DNA from: a virus
Strand: one strand, 5' to 3'
Length of the DNA stretch: 48,328 nucleotides
Virus genome (UHGV): UHGV-0207328
Positions within the stretch are counted from its first letter, which is position 1, and every line of letters starts with the position of its first letter. Made by a program: the position numbers and the translations under genes. Below, in pieces: positions 25,231-34,075 of this stretch. The notes under the pieces were generated by a model, which saw only the letters and a program-made list of their open reading frames with translations, was not told the origin of the DNA and searched no databases.

Positions 25231-25425
25231 TTAAAGGGTGGTGGGTGATGATTGATGGGATGATTGTACATCAGTTTTCGCATAACACCAAACATTACAG
25301 TTATTGCTTTGAACGTGAACCACATCAATCGCATCAGGGAAGGATTTAGCGATTGCTGCTATGAAGTGGTCGACACCTTCGAGCTGAGCGGCCTGCCATA
25401 CCTCCTGCTTTGATTTTTGTGGCAT
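25231..25425 (-). CDS. hypothetical protein (64 aa)
   Basis: last ORF of the leftward early operon. Confidence 0.35.
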   Translation of the reverse strand: MPQKSKQEVWQAAQLEGVDHFIAAIAKSFPDAIDVVHVQSNNCNVWCYAKTDVQSSHQSSPTTL

Positions 25426-25583
25426 TACTGATACCTCGTAGTTGAGTACATATGTCGAAGCATGCTGTTATGTTCAGCCACCAGCATCATGCTGCCAACC
25501 TGAGTGACAGAGTGATGCTTACCTGTCTCCTCGTACAGAAAGTCAGCCTCTTCGCATGCCGCCTGAATATCGCTCCACAGCAT
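25425..25583 (-). CDS. hypothetical protein (52 aa)
   Basis: GTGAGGTG RBS, TAATG coupling. Not in the track. Confidence 0.3.
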   Translation of the reverse strand: MLWSDIQAACEEADFLYEETGKHHSVTQVGSMMLVAEHNSMLRHMYSTTRYQ

Positions 25584-25675
25584 AAATCACCTCACGATAA
25601 AGTAGATAGCCAGTGCAAAAACAATCCAGAATGCCAGCAGCGATACGGCAATCAGCCTGCGGATGATGTAGGGTT

Positions 25676-26467
25676 TCATGTTTTTCCCTCCTTTGGTGCG
25701 ACTGGCAGCGGCATCCAGTGGGTTACGTCCTGGCGTATTGGAACAATTCCGTATGCGTCGTCCCAGCGCCCCTCAAAATAATACAGAGTCGATATGTCGC
25801 CACCCTTGAAGCACGCAAGGACCTGCTGCTCTGCATTCTCATCCGGCATCCGCTCGCTTACCGGAATCCATTTACCCGGCACGGTAGCGGGTTCACTGCC
25901 GGGTGACTGCGGGGCGGCTGCGAGCAGTCTGCGCCAGGCATCTTGTGAGTCTTCTGCGCCGTAATCAATAATCGAGTCGAATTCGTCCAACATCTCTTTT
26001 GTCGGCTCCTTCGGCACCATCACGTAACCATCCGGTACTACCGGCACCGGCTGCGCGTGGCGATAGAGCTTAGTGCCAGGCTCAAAGGACTGGATAAGGC
26101 GGCGATAAGAAAGCGCATCCCCTCCATCATCGCCAACAACAATCACCGGCTCGCTGTCCGCTACCGACTGCGCTGGCGGCATATCTGGACCTTTGCGAAT
26201 AGCCTTTGCCAGCTCGATAGGGTCATCGTACAGCCAGTCTCCTGTTTCAGGGTGATTGGCTTCTGCCAGTTGGGCGGCCCACTCCAGACCGTCTTTGTGC
26301 CCCTGTAGGTAGTCAAGCGGCAAACACCCAGACTCGCTGTCCATTGCGGCCAGCGAATGACGAATGAGGGCCTCTAATTGCCTGTCAGTGGCATCACAGC
26401 CGCCATCTTCATCAAGTTGTGCAACCCATTCTTCCAGCTGCTCTCTGGTTATGGTTGATTTGGTCAT
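25676..26467 (-). CDS. hypothetical protein with C-terminal DUF551-like domain
   Basis: 263 aa. C-terminal WIPVSERMPDEN..VLACF.GGD..TLYYFEGRWDDAYG...THWMPLP. Confidence 0.5.
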   Translation of the reverse strand: MTKSTITREQLEEWVAQLDEDGGCDATDRQLEALIRHSLAAMDSESGCLPLDYLQGHKDGLEWAAQLAEANHPETGDWLYDDPIELAKAIRKGPDMPPAQSVADSEPVIVVGDDGGDALSYRRLIQSFEPGTKLYRHAQPVPVVPDGYVMVPKEPTKEMLDEFDSIIDYGAEDSQDAWRRLLAAAPQSPGSEPATVPGKWIPVSERMPDENAEQQVLACFKGGDISTLYYFEGRWDDAYGIVPIRQDVTHWMPLPVAPKEGKT

Positions 26468-26910
26468 TTGTCGGCCCCCTCGCGCAGCAACTCTGCGTAT
26501 TCAGAGGCCGCTCTGCTTGCTCTGGCTTTCCAGCCGGTTGTGATATTGTTGTCTTTGATCGCCTCTTCAGCAAACATCAGAGCGAACCCCTCCACCCCAT
26601 CAGCCTTAATCCCGGCTACGATGCGATCGGTGGCGGGGGTTTTTTCCGCTGCCAAATTAGCCCGGTGGTCATTCCATCCGCGCGCATATATCGGGTTTAT
26701 GGACATGCCGTCCTTCACGCAGTACGCCTGACCGCCACGATTGATAACTTCAATTTCTTCTGCAATGCCAGCCTTTAGCCCCGCATTCTCCGCAGCCAGC
26801 TGCACGCACAGCTTTGCAACATTGAGGTATTTTTCCTCTTTGATTGAGAGTTCACCGCTGCTCTCAAGGTTTTTAATAATTTCCTGAACTTCACTAATAG
26901 TTATGGTCAT
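26464..26910 (-). CDS. hypothetical protein (148 aa)
   Basis: internal ATG 26910. ATGA-coupled to the downstream gene. Confidence 0.4.
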   Translation of the reverse strand: MTITISEVQEIIKNLESSGELSIKEEKYLNVAKLCVQLAAENAGLKAGIAEEIEVINRGGQAYCVKDGMSINPIYARGWNDHRANLAAEKTPATDRIVAGIKADGVEGFALMFAEEAIKDNNITTGWKARASRAASEYAELLREGADK

Positions 26911-26923
26911 TTTATGCTCTCTG

Positions 26924-27124
26924 TTAATTAATTTGCTCGCCAGACGATAACTTGATTCGCATACAAGCATCATCCCATTCGTGAAGCATTTCGGTTTTAC
27001 CGGTGCTTTCAAGATACCCTCGAATAAAACTCAGGCAATAGTTCACCCTGTCCTCGCCAGCAGCATGAACTGCCTGCATTGCATGCTGAAATTTCTTGTC
27101 TGCTACCTTCTTTTTGCTTGTCAT
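26924..27124 (-). CDS. hypothetical protein (66 aa)
   Basis: GAGGTG RBS before ATG 27124. Confidence 0.4.
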   Translation of the reverse strand: MTSKKKVADKKFQHAMQAVHAAGEDRVNYCLSFIRGYLESTGKTEMLHEWDDACMRIKLSSGEQIN

Positions 27125-27145
27125 CACACACCTCATAAGTATTCT

Positions 27146-27424
27146 TTACTTAACCGCCTGCAAACGCTCAAGCTCACGCATCAGTGCAGATACACGGCGT
27201 TGCCGCAAAGTCTCTGCATGCTCTTTTGCCTGTTGCTCATCAAGCCAGTATTCACCACGTTTAAAGTAAACATCGCCAACCACAGCAACCTGCCCATCAG
27301 CAAACAACTGTGCGCTTTCGTACTTCTGAATGCCACGGGTCAGTGCATACTTCGTGACCCATATAGTCTCGGCGCTTGCCGCGTTAGCGATAACCAGTAA
27401 AACCACTGCCAGTAATTTATTCAT
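27146..27424 (-). CDS. small secreted protein with signal peptide (92 aa)
   Basis: MNKLLAVVLLVIANAASA-ET signal peptide, helical C-terminus. Confidence 0.45.
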   Translation of the reverse strand: MNKLLAVVLLVIANAASAETIWVTKYALTRGIQKYESAQLFADGQVAVVGDVYFKRGEYWLDEQQAKEHAETLRQRRVSALMRELERLQAVK

Positions 27425-27439
27425 CGTTGCTAAACCGGT

Positions 27440-27625
27440 TTAGTTTCCACCAGATGACACTATAACCTGTTCAAGCACTCTCTGCTTGCCTTCGCCACTA
27501 AAAACGCGACATACGCGCTTACCGTTGCTGTATGCATGCATTGCCTGAGCCATCATAAAGATTTGCGCTTTCACTGCGCCCATTTCTGGTTCCAGTTGAG
27601 TGCGCGTGTAGATTGCTTTGGTCAT
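27440..27625 (-). CDS. hypothetical protein (61 aa)
   Basis: GGAGG RBS. Confidence 0.45.
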   Translation of the reverse strand: MTKAIYTRTQLEPEMGAVKAQIFMMAQAMHAYSNGKRVCRVFSGEGKQRVLEQVIVSSGGN

Positions 27626-27819
27626 TGTTGAGCCTCCACACCGACATATGCGATAGCCATATAAAAAGCTGCCAGATTATTCTCTCCTTCTAATTTTGCT
27701 TGTTGTGACATAGAGCGAAGTGATTCGAGATATCCATTGAACTGGATGTCAACACCATTCTCCACAGCCGCGCCACGAATCAAAGCTTTCATTTGTTCTT
27801 CCTGAGTCATTTTCATCAC
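27622..27819 (-). CDS. first gene of the leftward early operon (62-65 aa)
   Basis: AAGAGG RBS. Probable start at the third ATG (27811). Confidence 0.45.
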   Translation of the reverse strand: MMKMTQEEQMKALIRGAAVENGVDIQFNGYLESLRSMSQQAKLEGENNLAAFYMAIAYVGVEAQQ

Positions 27820-27840
27820 CTCTTTGTTGTTGGTGTGGTA

Positions 27841-27869
27841 ACTATACGATGGCGCTAAATCTACGTCAA
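27841..27869 (-). promoter_or_regulatory. leftward early promoter TTGACG-N17-TATAGT (minus strand) containing the TTGACGTAGATT 12-mer
   Basis: reverse complement of 27841-27869 reads TTGACGTAGATTTAGCGCCATCGTATAGT, same architecture as the 3841 promoter. Confidence 0.55.
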
Positions 27870-27879
27870 TATGATGGTG

Positions 27880-28255
27880 AAAATAAAATTTAGTTAGTAA
27901 TCACTTGCAGTTATCAATTTGCAAGTTGTTGATATATATAGAACACGCTCAACCCATTTAACCCAAGATTTTTTTTGGTTTAACCATAGATAACCATGTA
28001 AATTCATTAACTTATGTAATGTTCAACCATTTATCACTTAAACCTTCACCATGAGAGAAAAGTAGAAAATTTTTGATGTATTTTTTTTGCTAAAATTTGC
28101 GCAAAGCAAAAAATGGGTTGAATTGGATAAATACTACTATCTATTGATAATAATAGTAGTAAATACATATACATAGTATGTAAAAACACTTATCCAAACG
28201 CTTATCCAACTTTATCAATTTCAACCAAAAGCATGACACGCGAACAAACAGGTAA
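27880..28255. promoter_or_regulatory. AT-rich divergent control region with palindromes and DnaA-box-like direct repeats (candidate operator/origin)
   Basis: TATCAA-N11-TTGATA (27911-27935), TTTGCGCAAA (28102-28111), TACTACTAT-N13-ATAGTAGTA (28135-28165), CTTATCCAA x2 (28187-28209), repeated AACCAT/AACCCA units. Confidence 0.35.
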
Positions 28256-28259
28256 GGTA

Positions 28260-28288
28260 TTGCGCCGATTTATTTAATATTTTATAAT
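28260..28288 (+). promoter_or_regulatory. rightward early promoter TTGCGC-N17-TATAAT
   Basis: consensus -10 TATAAT 28283-28288, 17-nt spacer, AAGGAGG RBS and ATG at 28310. Confidence 0.6.
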
Positions 28289-28309
28289 CACAAAAAATAA
28301 GGAGGAGTT

Positions 28310-28525
28310 ATGTACAGACCTGGCAGCGATTTGGCTCACGTTTACCATCACGTATCTGGCATTAATGTCAATGAAGTTAAGCTCTTGCCGTCAAGCGAGA
28401 TAGTTGGCATGGACATAGCAAGATTCAGGATGAACCTTTCCAAAGTTTCAAAGGATGCTGGCATGATGTTCATCACACGTTTTGACAACCATAAAGAAAT
28501 CCTCACCATCAGAAGGATCTCATGA
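28310..28525 (+). CDS. hypothetical protein (71 aa), first rightward early gene
   Basis: consensus RBS AAGGAGG. Confidence 0.55.
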   Translation: MYRPGSDLAHVYHHVSGINVNEVKLLPSSEIVGMDIARFRMNLSKVSKDAGMMFITRFDNHKEILTIRRIS

Positions 28526-30012
28526 TGGCAATAAAGACCATTTACGACCTTACAGCAGACATCAAAAAAGATTCCTGGTACGACATCACCAAGCCGCCAG
28601 GCCTTGCCGGCGAGATAGCTGAAGATATCGCCGCTGGTGAAGTGCGAGAACAGCCAAGATTGCGTGCTGTGGCAGCACTGCATGAGCTGGTCATTGCCAG
28701 CAAAGGTAAAATTAAAACTCCAAGCGGCATGAAAGGAAACTTGCTGACCATCTGCATTGCTGATTCCGCCGGTGGTAAAGACCGTTCTCAAAGTCATTTC
28801 AAGATGATCGCCCGCGATATCGACAAAGGTCAGCACGTTTTTGGCCGCATAGCATCATCAAAAGATATCGGGCGCACACTGATAAACCACGAAGGCGTGG
28901 CAACATTTATTATTGATGAATGCCATGGTCTTTTTGGCGTGATGTCACAAAAGAATGGCGCCACCTATATGGCAGAGCTTGGCTCTGAAATTCTCTCAAT
29001 CTATTCAGACCGCCTGAAAAAATTCTCTGACCTTGATGCCATTAATGCGAAGGAGTTGCTGGAGAAGGAGTTAAAAAAACTGCGCGCAGAAGTTAAGGAT
29101 AAGGGCATTGTTGAAACTGAGTATCGTCGACGTGAAATGCAGCTCGAAAAAGAAATCTTATGGCCTATCCAGAACGGGATAGAAGACCCTATATTTTCAA
29201 TGATGTGCTTCTCAACGCCTGAAAAGCTGGCAAGCATCATCTGCTCTGAAAACATTGGCACCGGCCTTATTGGTCGTGCGATATTCATCAAAGGAAAAGA
29301 TGGCCGAGCAAGGAAAGCAAAAAGATTCGGTCACAAGACGCCGCCATCGCTTATCGAGAAGATGAAACAGATAGAGAAATCAGCACCAACCGTGGCGAGG
29401 TACGAAGATACAATGGTTGAGCAACTTGCTGAATCTCTTGATGATCGTTTTGAGGAGTTGCGGAATGATGTTGCGCTAGGAGCTGTAATATCACGTTCAT
29501 TTGAGCAAGTGGAAAAGGTTGCAACAGCTCTTTCAGCTGGCAATAAAGGAGTCATTACAGAAGCTATGCTGATGTGGGCTTTTTGCTTTGTATGCGAAAG
29601 CCTTACTGACGTGATGAGCATGCTTAAAGTGAATGAGAGCCAGGAGGAACTTGGCACTATGGCGCGATGGAACGAGATTAAAAACCGCATTGAAAACGTG
29701 CTATCTGGTAGAACACGCGATGATTCAATGCCTCAGTCAAGCATTATTCAGCGCGTAGTTAAAACCAAGTCGCTAAAAGGACTGGCAGAAGCTATTGCTC
29801 GTACCAATGGAGAGGATTTTAATTTCGGCGCAAAAACACTTATCACGCCAGTAATGCAGGCATTAATGGAGTCAAGAGCTATTGATGCTGTCGGTTGCGG
29901 TTACTGGATTAACGACGCGAGCAAGTTTGAGTCGACAAAAATGAGCATTAAATTTTCTCAGATTGTTGAGGGTATCGGAATGAATATGGCGGCGCAGAGA
30001 GGGTGGAGATGA
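28522..30012 (+). CDS. large early protein of unknown function with degenerate P-loop-like and DE motifs (putative ATPase/replication-associated)
   Basis: 496 aa. ICIADSAGGKD and FIIDECHG segments. ATGA-coupled to the upstream gene. No confident family assignment. Confidence 0.45.
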   Translation: MMAIKTIYDLTADIKKDSWYDITKPPGLAGEIAEDIAAGEVREQPRLRAVAALHELVIASKGKIKTPSGMKGNLLTICIADSAGGKDRSQSHFKMIARDIDKGQHVFGRIASSKDIGRTLINHEGVATFIIDECHGLFGVMSQKNGATYMAELGSEILSIYSDRLKKFSDLDAINAKELLEKELKKLRAEVKDKGIVETEYRRREMQLEKEILWPIQNGIEDPIFSMMCFSTPEKLASIICSENIGTGLIGRAIFIKGKDGRARKAKRFGHKTPPSLIEKMKQIEKSAPTVARYEDTMVEQLAESLDDRFEELRNDVALGAVISRSFEQVEKVATALSAGNKGVITEAMLMWAFCFVCESLTDVMSMLKVNESQEELGTMARWNEIKNRIENVLSGRTRDDSMPQSSIIQRVVKTKSLKGLAEAIARTNGEDFNFGAKTLITPVMQALMESRAIDAVGCGYWINDASKFESTKMSIKFSQIVEGIGMNMAAQRGWR

Positions 30013-30287
30013 TGGAAACATTGCAACTTGCAGTAAAAGGTGAATATTTCGATGCGATGAAACGCGGAGAAAAAACAGAAGAGTATCGTCTGGTAAATGC
30101 GTACTGGGGTAATCGCATTTTTAACCGCTGGTACGATACGCTAATTATCACTCGCGGCTATCCACGAAAAGATGACGATAGCCGCCGAATTGTAGTTCCT
30201 TATGAAGGATTTGAAGTGAAAACCATTACGCACCCGCACTTCGGGCCCGAGCCGGTAAAAGTTTTTGCGATAAAGGTGAATATCTAA
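30009..30287 (+). CDS. ASCH domain protein
   Basis: 92 aa. LQLAVKGEYFDAMKRGEKTEEYR..(beta-barrel ASCH pattern)..GFEVKTI. Confidence 0.55.
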   Translation: MMETLQLAVKGEYFDAMKRGEKTEEYRLVNAYWGNRIFNRWYDTLIITRGYPRKDDDSRRIVVPYEGFEVKTITHPHFGPEPVKVFAIKVNI

Positions 30288-30321
30288 CAAAAAACCCTCC
30301 ATCAGGAGGGTTTGTTTTTTA
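30288..30321. terminator. bidirectional terminator AAACCCTCC-ATCA-GGAGGGTTT + T8
   Basis: 9-bp stem. The primase stop codon lies in the loop. Confidence 0.6.
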
Positions 30322-31195
30322 GTGCTTCAAATAGTTCTTCTGGTTTATGCAGCCTTTTTCTGATGGCGCCGCTGTAACGGATATCCTGCCCGTCATCAGT
30401 AATCAGTATCGTAAGACCTGCATTCTCGGCGGCGCATACCTCATCGAAATTATTATTAATGATGCAACGCAGTTTAGCTCGCTGTTCATCGCTCACATCA
30501 CGCACAACTTCCCACATATTTTCCGACGACCAGCAACACCATACGTGAGCACCGGTAAGCCGATGCGCGCGCCATGCGTCAAAGTAATTGGACACAAGGT
30601 ATGTCCATTCTGTCTTATCTCCAATTGGTGTAACGGCGCCGCGCGTAAGTCTTCCGCGAGTGTACTCATGGCTAAAACCCGCGCGAAATGACACGCTTTC
30701 ATCGTCTGCCAGAAAAGCCACATTGCATGGCGTCATGGTTCCAGCCATATAGAGCGGTATCGCCACCAGTTCACCGGTTTTGCCGGTTATGGTGTCGCCG
30801 CCTGCTTTTTCCATGATGGCCGCCACTTCTGCCTCTGTCAGATAGTCAGAAGCATGGTTGACCTTCGGAAGCTGCTTTCTAATTGCCTCAAGTTTTTCGC
30901 GTGGGTGCATGTTAAGAAATCCGGCCAGTGCCTCCATTGACTCTGGAAACGTCATTCCTGACAGCTTCATTAGCCAGGTGATTCCGCTGCCGTTTCCGCA
31001 CTGGTTGCAGATGGCGCCGCCGTCACCTTTTGTTTCGAAGTTGTTATCCCACCTAAACCTGTCCTTACCCATGCAATGAGGGCATGGCTGATGCTTTCCA
31101 TTAAAAACATTCCTGTCAATATTCACTATTGAGAGTAGAGCAGCCTCCCAGTTACCTACCATTAAAGGCTCTATGTCCTTCCAGTCGTATCGCAT
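30302..31195 (-). CDS. DNA primase (N-terminal zinc ribbon + TOPRIM domain)
   Basis: 297 aa. CPHCMGKDRF..CNQCG zinc-binding motif, TOPRIM-like E..(acidic)..ILITDDGQD block. Leftward gene embedded in the rightward early operon. Confidence 0.65.
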   Translation of the reverse strand: MRYDWKDIEPLMVGNWEAALLSIVNIDRNVFNGKHQPCPHCMGKDRFRWDNNFETKGDGGAICNQCGNGSGITWLMKLSGMTFPESMEALAGFLNMHPREKLEAIRKQLPKVNHASDYLTEAEVAAIMEKAGGDTITGKTGELVAIPLYMAGTMTPCNVAFLADDESVSFRAGFSHEYTRGRLTRGAVTPIGDKTEWTYLVSNYFDAWRAHRLTGAHVWCCWSSENMWEVVRDVSDEQRAKLRCIINNNFDEVCAAENAGLTILITDDGQDIRYSGAIRKRLHKPEELFEALKNKPS

Positions 31196-31212
31196 AATTT
31201 AACCTTGATTAT

Positions 31213-31247
31213 TGCCGTAGATTCAGTCTACTATTGTGACGTAGATT
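31213..31247 (+). promoter_or_regulatory. tandem GTAGATT elements (TTGCCGTAGATT ... TGTGACGTAGATTG) upstream of the helicase gene
   Basis: two copies 24 nt apart, 25-50 nt upstream of the GTG start at 31270 (AAAGGTGG RBS). Confidence 0.4.
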
Positions 31248-31269
31248 GAGCAACACAAAGGTGGATTAA

Positions 31270-33204
31270 GTGCAAAAAATTGATGCAATGATTGCTGAGC
31301 TGGATATGGATAAGCTGCGGGCCAGCATCCATACCGGGGAAATTGAACCGCGACCCTATCAGTGGCTGGTATATGAAAAGACAGCGGAGGTTATCCGCAA
31401 GTTTGGTAAGCAGCCAAAGCCAAGTTATGTTACCGCGTCGGTTGGCGCCGGTAAGACCATCATGATAGCCATGATTGCCCGTCGGTTTCAGGATATGGGG
31501 TGGGAGGGGCTTGTCATCGCGCGACAAGGAGAAATTATTGAGCAGGATGCAGAGGAACTCTGGAATCTGAGCGTAAAAAACTCTCTGTTTAGCGCGTCCC
31601 TTGGGCGAAAGGCGTATGCCTATCCGCTTATCGCGGGAACGGAGGGCACAATAATAAATGGCCTTTTTGATAAGACAGCCGATGATGGCACCGTGACGAA
31701 ATCACTGTTATCAGACTTTTCCCCGCGCTACATCCTTGTCGACGAATGTCACCAGGTTAACTGGCAGGACATAATATCAGAGCAACCAGAGACGCAGTAC
31801 GGTGTCATCATGAATGAACTTAACCGGCGCTGTAAAGCGAAGTATGGGCATGAGGTGATTGTCATTGGCTACACCGGCAGCCCATTTCGCGGAGTTGAGT
31901 CGATAAAAGGGGCTTACTGGAAACACGAAATCGTTAACATCAGCACAAAATACCTTGTTGATTTAGGGTTTCTGGTTCCGACTATCTTCGGGGGGCAGGA
32001 TATCGAAGACCTGCAATACGATCTGCATGAGTTTGCCAGTAGTGATGTTGACGGCGTACAGGACTTTACTGATAGCCAGCTAAAAGAGATGCAGGAAGAA
32101 ATCCTTAAGCAGGGCACATTGACACAAAAAATCATGCTAAAAGTCATGGAGCTTACGCGCGACAGGCTCGGTGTACTCATTACCTGCGCAGGTAAAAAAC
32201 ATTGCAAGGAGGCTGCAAAATACTTACCAGAAGGCAGTTATTCCATTGTTACCGAGGATATGGGGCAGAAAGCCAGACGGAAAGCGCTGAAAGATGCGGC
32301 CACCGGGCGCAAAAAATACACGCTGCAAATCGGCTGCCTCACTACTGGCGTCAACATCCCATATTGGGATACTTCTGTCATCCTGAGAAAAATTATGTCC
32401 CTGACGCTTCTGACGCAGTTGCTTGGCCGACCAATGCGCCTGTTGAAGCCTGAGCAGATTGCCGCAGGTCTGGTGAAAGAAAACCATCTTTGCCTTGACT
32501 TCACCGGAACCATGTTCGAGCTTGGCGGTCTGTACGAAGACCCTATCCTTGAGGAAGCAGAAGCACAGCGCGCCAAGCGTAGCGGAGAGCAGGTTCCATG
32601 CCCTAAATGCCAGACGATGAACAGCCCATATGCACGGCGTTGCATCGGTAAAGACTCAACGTCTCCAGATGGACGATGCGAAGAGTTTTTCAGCTTCATT
32701 CGCTGTGGTTTCGACAAGCACGGCATACGTATTTTTGATGATGGTTGCGGCACAAAAAACGACCCGACAGCTCGTTATTGCCGTCAATGCGATCACGTTT
32801 TGCGCGACCCTAACGCGGCGCTTAATGAGCGAGCCTACACGGATAAAGAATGGACAGATGTGCAAGATTTTAAAGTCGAGTTGACTAAAGACGCTGAGGG
32901 GGTTCTTTATCGTTACCTGGTGGTAAAAGCTGATGGCAAGACCGGCTGGGCAAATGAGGTGTTTTATCCTTTCGGAGGCAAGCCAAAGCACCTCCGTGAC
33001 ATGTTTAAAATGAAGGCTCTGCTTCCGCACCTGGAAGATAAATCAATGATGAAGAAAATGATGGACTGCCATGATGCGAAGACTTTCATGCATTACGCCG
33101 GTTTAATCCGCGCACCTAAACGCATCACGCATCGCTTTAACGATAAAGGACGCGATATCATCCACCGCAAGGATTTCATAGGAGAACAAATTGAAGCAGC
33201 TTGA
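31270..33204 (+). CDS. SF2 DEAD/DEAH-box DNA helicase with C-terminal zinc-ribbon pair
   Basis: 644 aa. RPYQ (Q-motif region), Walker A SVGAGKT, motif II VDECHQ, C-terminal CPKCQ..C and CRQCDHV ribbons. GTG start. Confidence 0.7.
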   Translation: MQKIDAMIAELDMDKLRASIHTGEIEPRPYQWLVYEKTAEVIRKFGKQPKPSYVTASVGAGKTIMIAMIARRFQDMGWEGLVIARQGEIIEQDAEELWNLSVKNSLFSASLGRKAYAYPLIAGTEGTIINGLFDKTADDGTVTKSLLSDFSPRYILVDECHQVNWQDIISEQPETQYGVIMNELNRRCKAKYGHEVIVIGYTGSPFRGVESIKGAYWKHEIVNISTKYLVDLGFLVPTIFGGQDIEDLQYDLHEFASSDVDGVQDFTDSQLKEMQEEILKQGTLTQKIMLKVMELTRDRLGVLITCAGKKHCKEAAKYLPEGSYSIVTEDMGQKARRKALKDAATGRKKYTLQIGCLTTGVNIPYWDTSVILRKIMSLTLLTQLLGRPMRLLKPEQIAAGLVKENHLCLDFTGTMFELGGLYEDPILEEAEAQRAKRSGEQVPCPKCQTMNSPYARRCIGKDSTSPDGRCEEFFSFIRCGFDKHGIRIFDDGCGTKNDPTARYCRQCDHVLRDPNAALNERAYTDKEWTDVQDFKVELTKDAEGVLYRYLVVKADGKTGWANEVFYPFGGKPKHLRDMFKMKALLPHLEDKSMMKKMMDCHDAKTFMHYAGLIRAPKRITHRFNDKGRDIIHRKDFIGEQIEAA

Positions 33205-33607
33205 TAGTGGAATATGGGTATTTGATAGCGGCTATCGTGGGGAGTGTCCAAGGGAGGAATATGACCAGATGGCCTATGGTCTGTGGATGCAATACCGATT
33301 TCCTGAAGTTCTGTGGTTTCATGTGCCTAACGAGACTGGAACAAAGAGCGGGCCGCAATTCATCGAAAAACGCCGAAGGATGGGAGTCAGGAGCGGTGTA
33401 AGCGACAATGTGATACTAACCCACGGTGTTAATCATAAATGCGGTCTGATTGAGTTGAAGAGGCGTGATAAGACAAAATCAAAGGTATCGTCATCACAGG
33501 TTGAGGTTCTGGAATGCGCCATTGCAGAGGGTCACTTTGGCGCCATTGCTTATGGCCTTGAGGAGCTAAAAAGAGCGACGTTATTCTATTTTGGGCTTGA
33601 TGAATGA
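33191..33607 (+). CDS. VRR-NUC domain nuclease
   Basis: 138 aa. FHVPNE..(G)..GVSDNVILTHG..GLIELKRRD PD-(D/E)xK pattern. Probable TTG start with GGAG RBS, overlapping the helicase end. Confidence 0.55.
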   Translation: MKQLDSGIWVFDSGYRGECPREEYDQMAYGLWMQYRFPEVLWFHVPNETGTKSGPQFIEKRRRMGVRSGVSDNVILTHGVNHKCGLIELKRRDKTKSKVSSSQVEVLECAIAEGHFGAIAYGLEELKRATLFYFGLDE

Positions 33608-33625
33608 CGTGGTTTGATGTAGATT
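33597..33625 (+). promoter_or_regulatory. internal promoter-like element TTGATG-N17-TAGATT
   Basis: -10 TAGATT 33620-33625 preceded by TG, 22 nt before the RBS of the next gene. Confidence 0.35.
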
Positions 33626-33646
33626 CATTTAACGATAAATGGCGAG

Positions 33647-34075
33647 GTGATGAAGATGGAAAACTTTCTTATTGGTAAGAAAATTATTGAAGTGAAAATT
33701 GCAGAAGACAAAGAGGCGATGCTTTTTGTCTCTGATGATGGAGAGCAATTAGTTGTTATGGTTGACGCTGATTGCTGCTCATACACATGGATTGAGTCTG
33801 TAGAGATGCCGGCGCTTGGCCTTCCTTTTACAATCATCGAATGCCAGGATCTAGATATGCCTGACCTTGGTGATATTCCTGGATGCGACGTTGTAACATA
33901 CTATGAGGCGAAAATAATCACCGATAAAGGTGAAATGGTGATCGACTATCGCAATGATTCTAACGGCTACTATGGCGGAAATATCGTTTGGCCTGGAGAT
34001 AATTATTTTTACGGTGGTGTTTACGGACAAAATAACTCTAACATGGACTGGCGAGATGTTGAGGAGATGCAATGA
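33647..34075 (+). CDS. hypothetical protein (142 aa)
   Basis: GGCGAGGTGATG RBS. Acidic, Gly/Tyr-rich C-terminus. Confidence 0.5.
   Translation: MMKMENFLIGKKIIEVKIAEDKEAMLFVSDDGEQLVVMVDADCCSYTWIESVEMPALGLPFTIIECQDLDMPDLGDIPGCDVVTYYEAKIITDKGEMVIDYRNDSNGYYGGNIVWPGDNYFYGGVYGQNNSNMDWRDVEEMQ

Noticed and set aside
27880-28255. Possible CRISPR-like or iteron array in the AT-rich region
   Set aside because: The repeats are short (6-10 bp), heterogeneous and irregularly spaced. They fit operator or origin elements better than an array.
32238-32753. 171-aa and other minus-strand ORFs inside the helicase gene
   Set aside because: They lie antisense to a gene with canonical SF2 helicase motifs.
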